Below the pieces are notes generated by a model. It ran no database searches, was not told where the DNA came from, and saw nothing but the letters and a program-made list of their open reading frames with translations. A stretch of DNA of 5,923 nt from positions 1 through 5,923 of IMG/VR virus record IMGVR_UViG_3300020030_000108, one strand, 5' to 3'. The position numbers and the translations under genes were made by a program. Source of the stretch: a virus. Position 1 is the stretch's first letter. Each line of letters begins with the position of its first letter. Of this stretch, positions 4,984 through 5,923 are shown piece after piece.

Positions 4984-5923
4984 AAACTAGTGATTTGTTA
5001 AAGATTACGTCTTCCGAAGGTTCGAGGCCAAACGCCTGCTTCCAAATCGGAATGACTTGCTTAAAAGCCTGTACAATGAAGGGGCGACCCATATATCTCC
5101 TTGATTCAGAGTACTTTAAGTGGGTCAACATTTGGGAGAACGAACCCTTTGCAAAGGATAGGGATGTCGGATCGACCATGAACCTCGGAGCAAGACGCCG
5201 AAGAAAGTCAGAGACCATATGGTCACCGAAATAGCATGCATAGCTACCAGCAGACCGAATCGAGCGCTGGATTTTTTCAATGTCGGCCAAATATCTGTCA
5301 TAGTAACGAGGTATCCGATACATATAGCCACCATTCTTAACATCAGCGTCGAAAGTCCACGTGCTAGTAGAAAAGCTAGGACGAGGCTGAGAACCAAGAA
5401 AATCGCCAACACCGGGACTGACGAATTTTCTAGTATAGCGGCGATCGGAGAGTTTGAGGCGAAGTTCATTAGAAATGTCATAATCATCTGTGTTTAAGTT
5501 TTTTACAACATACTTAACGCAATATCGAGCTCGCTTGGGAGTGGCTTGACAAAGCCAAACAAAGCCGAATTTCGAAACGATCCGGCGTAACGTATTGTAA
5601 CGCATTCCCGGATCAAAAAGGAAGCCATGAAAGTGAAGACGAGGTTCAGTGCCGGTTTGAGGATGGAGACCGAATTCTTGAAAGAAAGCATGCTTAATGG
5701 ATCGGCCGGTGACGTGACGGACTCGCTCGAACCACTTACGCATGAACCATGTCGGATCGTTGAGCGCCCGATCATAGTAGCGTGGATGAATCGTGATCGT
5801 GACGAACCACGCCTCGGCATGCTGCTGGCGACAACATGACAGTTCTTGGCGGAGCCGAACGTACCAGTCATTGCGAAGAGCCTTGAGACATTCCTCACAT
5901 TGGCCGCATGGAACGAGCAGGCG
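4976..5923 (-). CDS. VP4: Replication initiation protein (rolling-circle Rep, VP4/gpA-like), C-terminal 316 codons. It is 5'-truncated only by the window edge. Full length is 352 aa when joined to 122..232.
   Basis: The frame of the 255-aa track ORF stays open upstream of Met 5743 to the window edge. The additional residues contain a CxxCxxC cluster (PCGQCEEC, 5888..5908) and motif I, FVTITI (5789..5806). Downstream are the HUH-type motif LHFHGFLF (HFH at 5627..5635) and the double-tyrosine motif YCVKYVVK (5501..5524). The latter is very close to the phiX174 gpA active site YVAKYVNK. Confidence 0.93.
   Translation of the reverse strand, partial: RLLVPCGQCEECLKALRNDWYVRLRQELSCCRQQHAEAWFVTITIHPRYYDRALNDPTWFMRKWFERVRHVTGRSIKHAFFQEFGLHPQTGTEPRLHFHGFLFDPGMRYNTLRRIVSKFGFVWLCQATPKRARYCVKYVVKNLNTDDYDISNELRLKLSDRRYTRKFVSPGVGDFLGSQPRPSFSTSTWTFDADVKNGGYMYRIPRYYDRYLADIEKIQRSIRSAGSYACYFGDHMVSDFLRRLAPRFMVDPTSLSFAKGSFSQMLTHLKYSESRRYMGRPFIVQAFKQVIPIWKQAFGLEPSEDVIFNKSLVYG
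5803..5923. repeat. Terminal redundancy, copy 2 (identical to 1..121)
   Basis: Same comparison as for copy 1. The repeat is limited only by the window edge. Confidence 0.97.

Larger units (their letters stand above)
1..5802 (-). mobile_element. One complete unit of a circular Microviridae (ssDNA phage) genome, 5,802 nt. The coding (viral-sense) strand is the reverse complement of the window.
   Basis: There is an exact 121-nt overlap between the window ends. The size is in the microvirus range. The Rep, major capsid and pilot gene trio is present, all on one strand, packed tightly with overlapping or abutting stop/start codons. About 90 percent of the unit is coding. Confidence 0.9.

Noticed and set aside
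4976-5743. The 255-aa track ORF taken as the complete Rep
   Set aside because: The frame is open upstream of Met 5743 to the window edge. Motif I (FVTITI) and the CxxCxxC cluster lie in that upstream part. The true start is at 232..230 on the other side of the junction.
4738-5898. Other ORFs overlapping Rep (4738..5001 +, 4995..5234 +, 5219..5497 +, 5627..5839 +, 5503..5898 -)
   Set aside because: These are antisense or out-of-frame shadows of Rep or of the capsid start, with no distinctive features. Only the three-TM +1 ORF (5125..5487) seemed worth flagging, and that one only weakly.
1-5923. tRNA, rRNA, CRISPR array, integrase, transposase or a toxin-antitoxin pair
   Set aside because: I saw no cloverleaf-like or repeat-spacer structure and no ORF with recombinase or nuclease motifs other than Rep. 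The genome has no space for further genes of that size.

Overview
This window is one complete, circularly permuted genome of a small ssDNA phage of the family Microviridae. The gene set looks gokushovirus/alpavirus-like rather than phiX174-like. The first 121 nt are repeated exactly at the end (1..121 = 5803..5923), so the unit length is 5,802 nt and the repeat is the overlap of a closed circle. All convincing genes lie on the minus strand, so the mRNA-sense (packaged) strand is the reverse complement of what is shown. In coding order the genes are: (1) a rolling-circle Rep, 352 aa once the junction is closed (232->1 joined to 5802->4976); (2) the major capsid protein, 602 aa, 3175..4983; (3) a 107-aa acidic protein, 2848..3171; (4) a 329-nt non-coding region, 2519..2847; (5) an 83-aa membrane/lipoprotein-like protein, 2267..2518; (6) a 419-aa pilot/minor capsid protein, 1005..2264; (7) a 112-aa strongly acidic protein, 575..913; (8) a 73-aa basic protein, 232..453, whose stop overlaps the Rep start (TGATG). 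Rep, capsid and pilot are recognised from family motifs. The four small proteins have no family I can recognise by eye and are the accessory content of this genome. Items worth follow-up: the small lipobox-bearing protein upstream of the pilot gene (lysis or exclusion candidate); the acidic/basic gene pair upstream of Rep; a stem-loop plus direct-repeat cluster in the large non-coding region (origin candidate); an antisense ORF and a 20-codon hydrophobic mini-ORF that compete to explain that region; and a three-TM ORF in the +1 frame of Rep. I saw no tRNA, rRNA, CRISPR array, transposase or integrase. No homology search was possible, so every functional call rests on motifs read from the translations.
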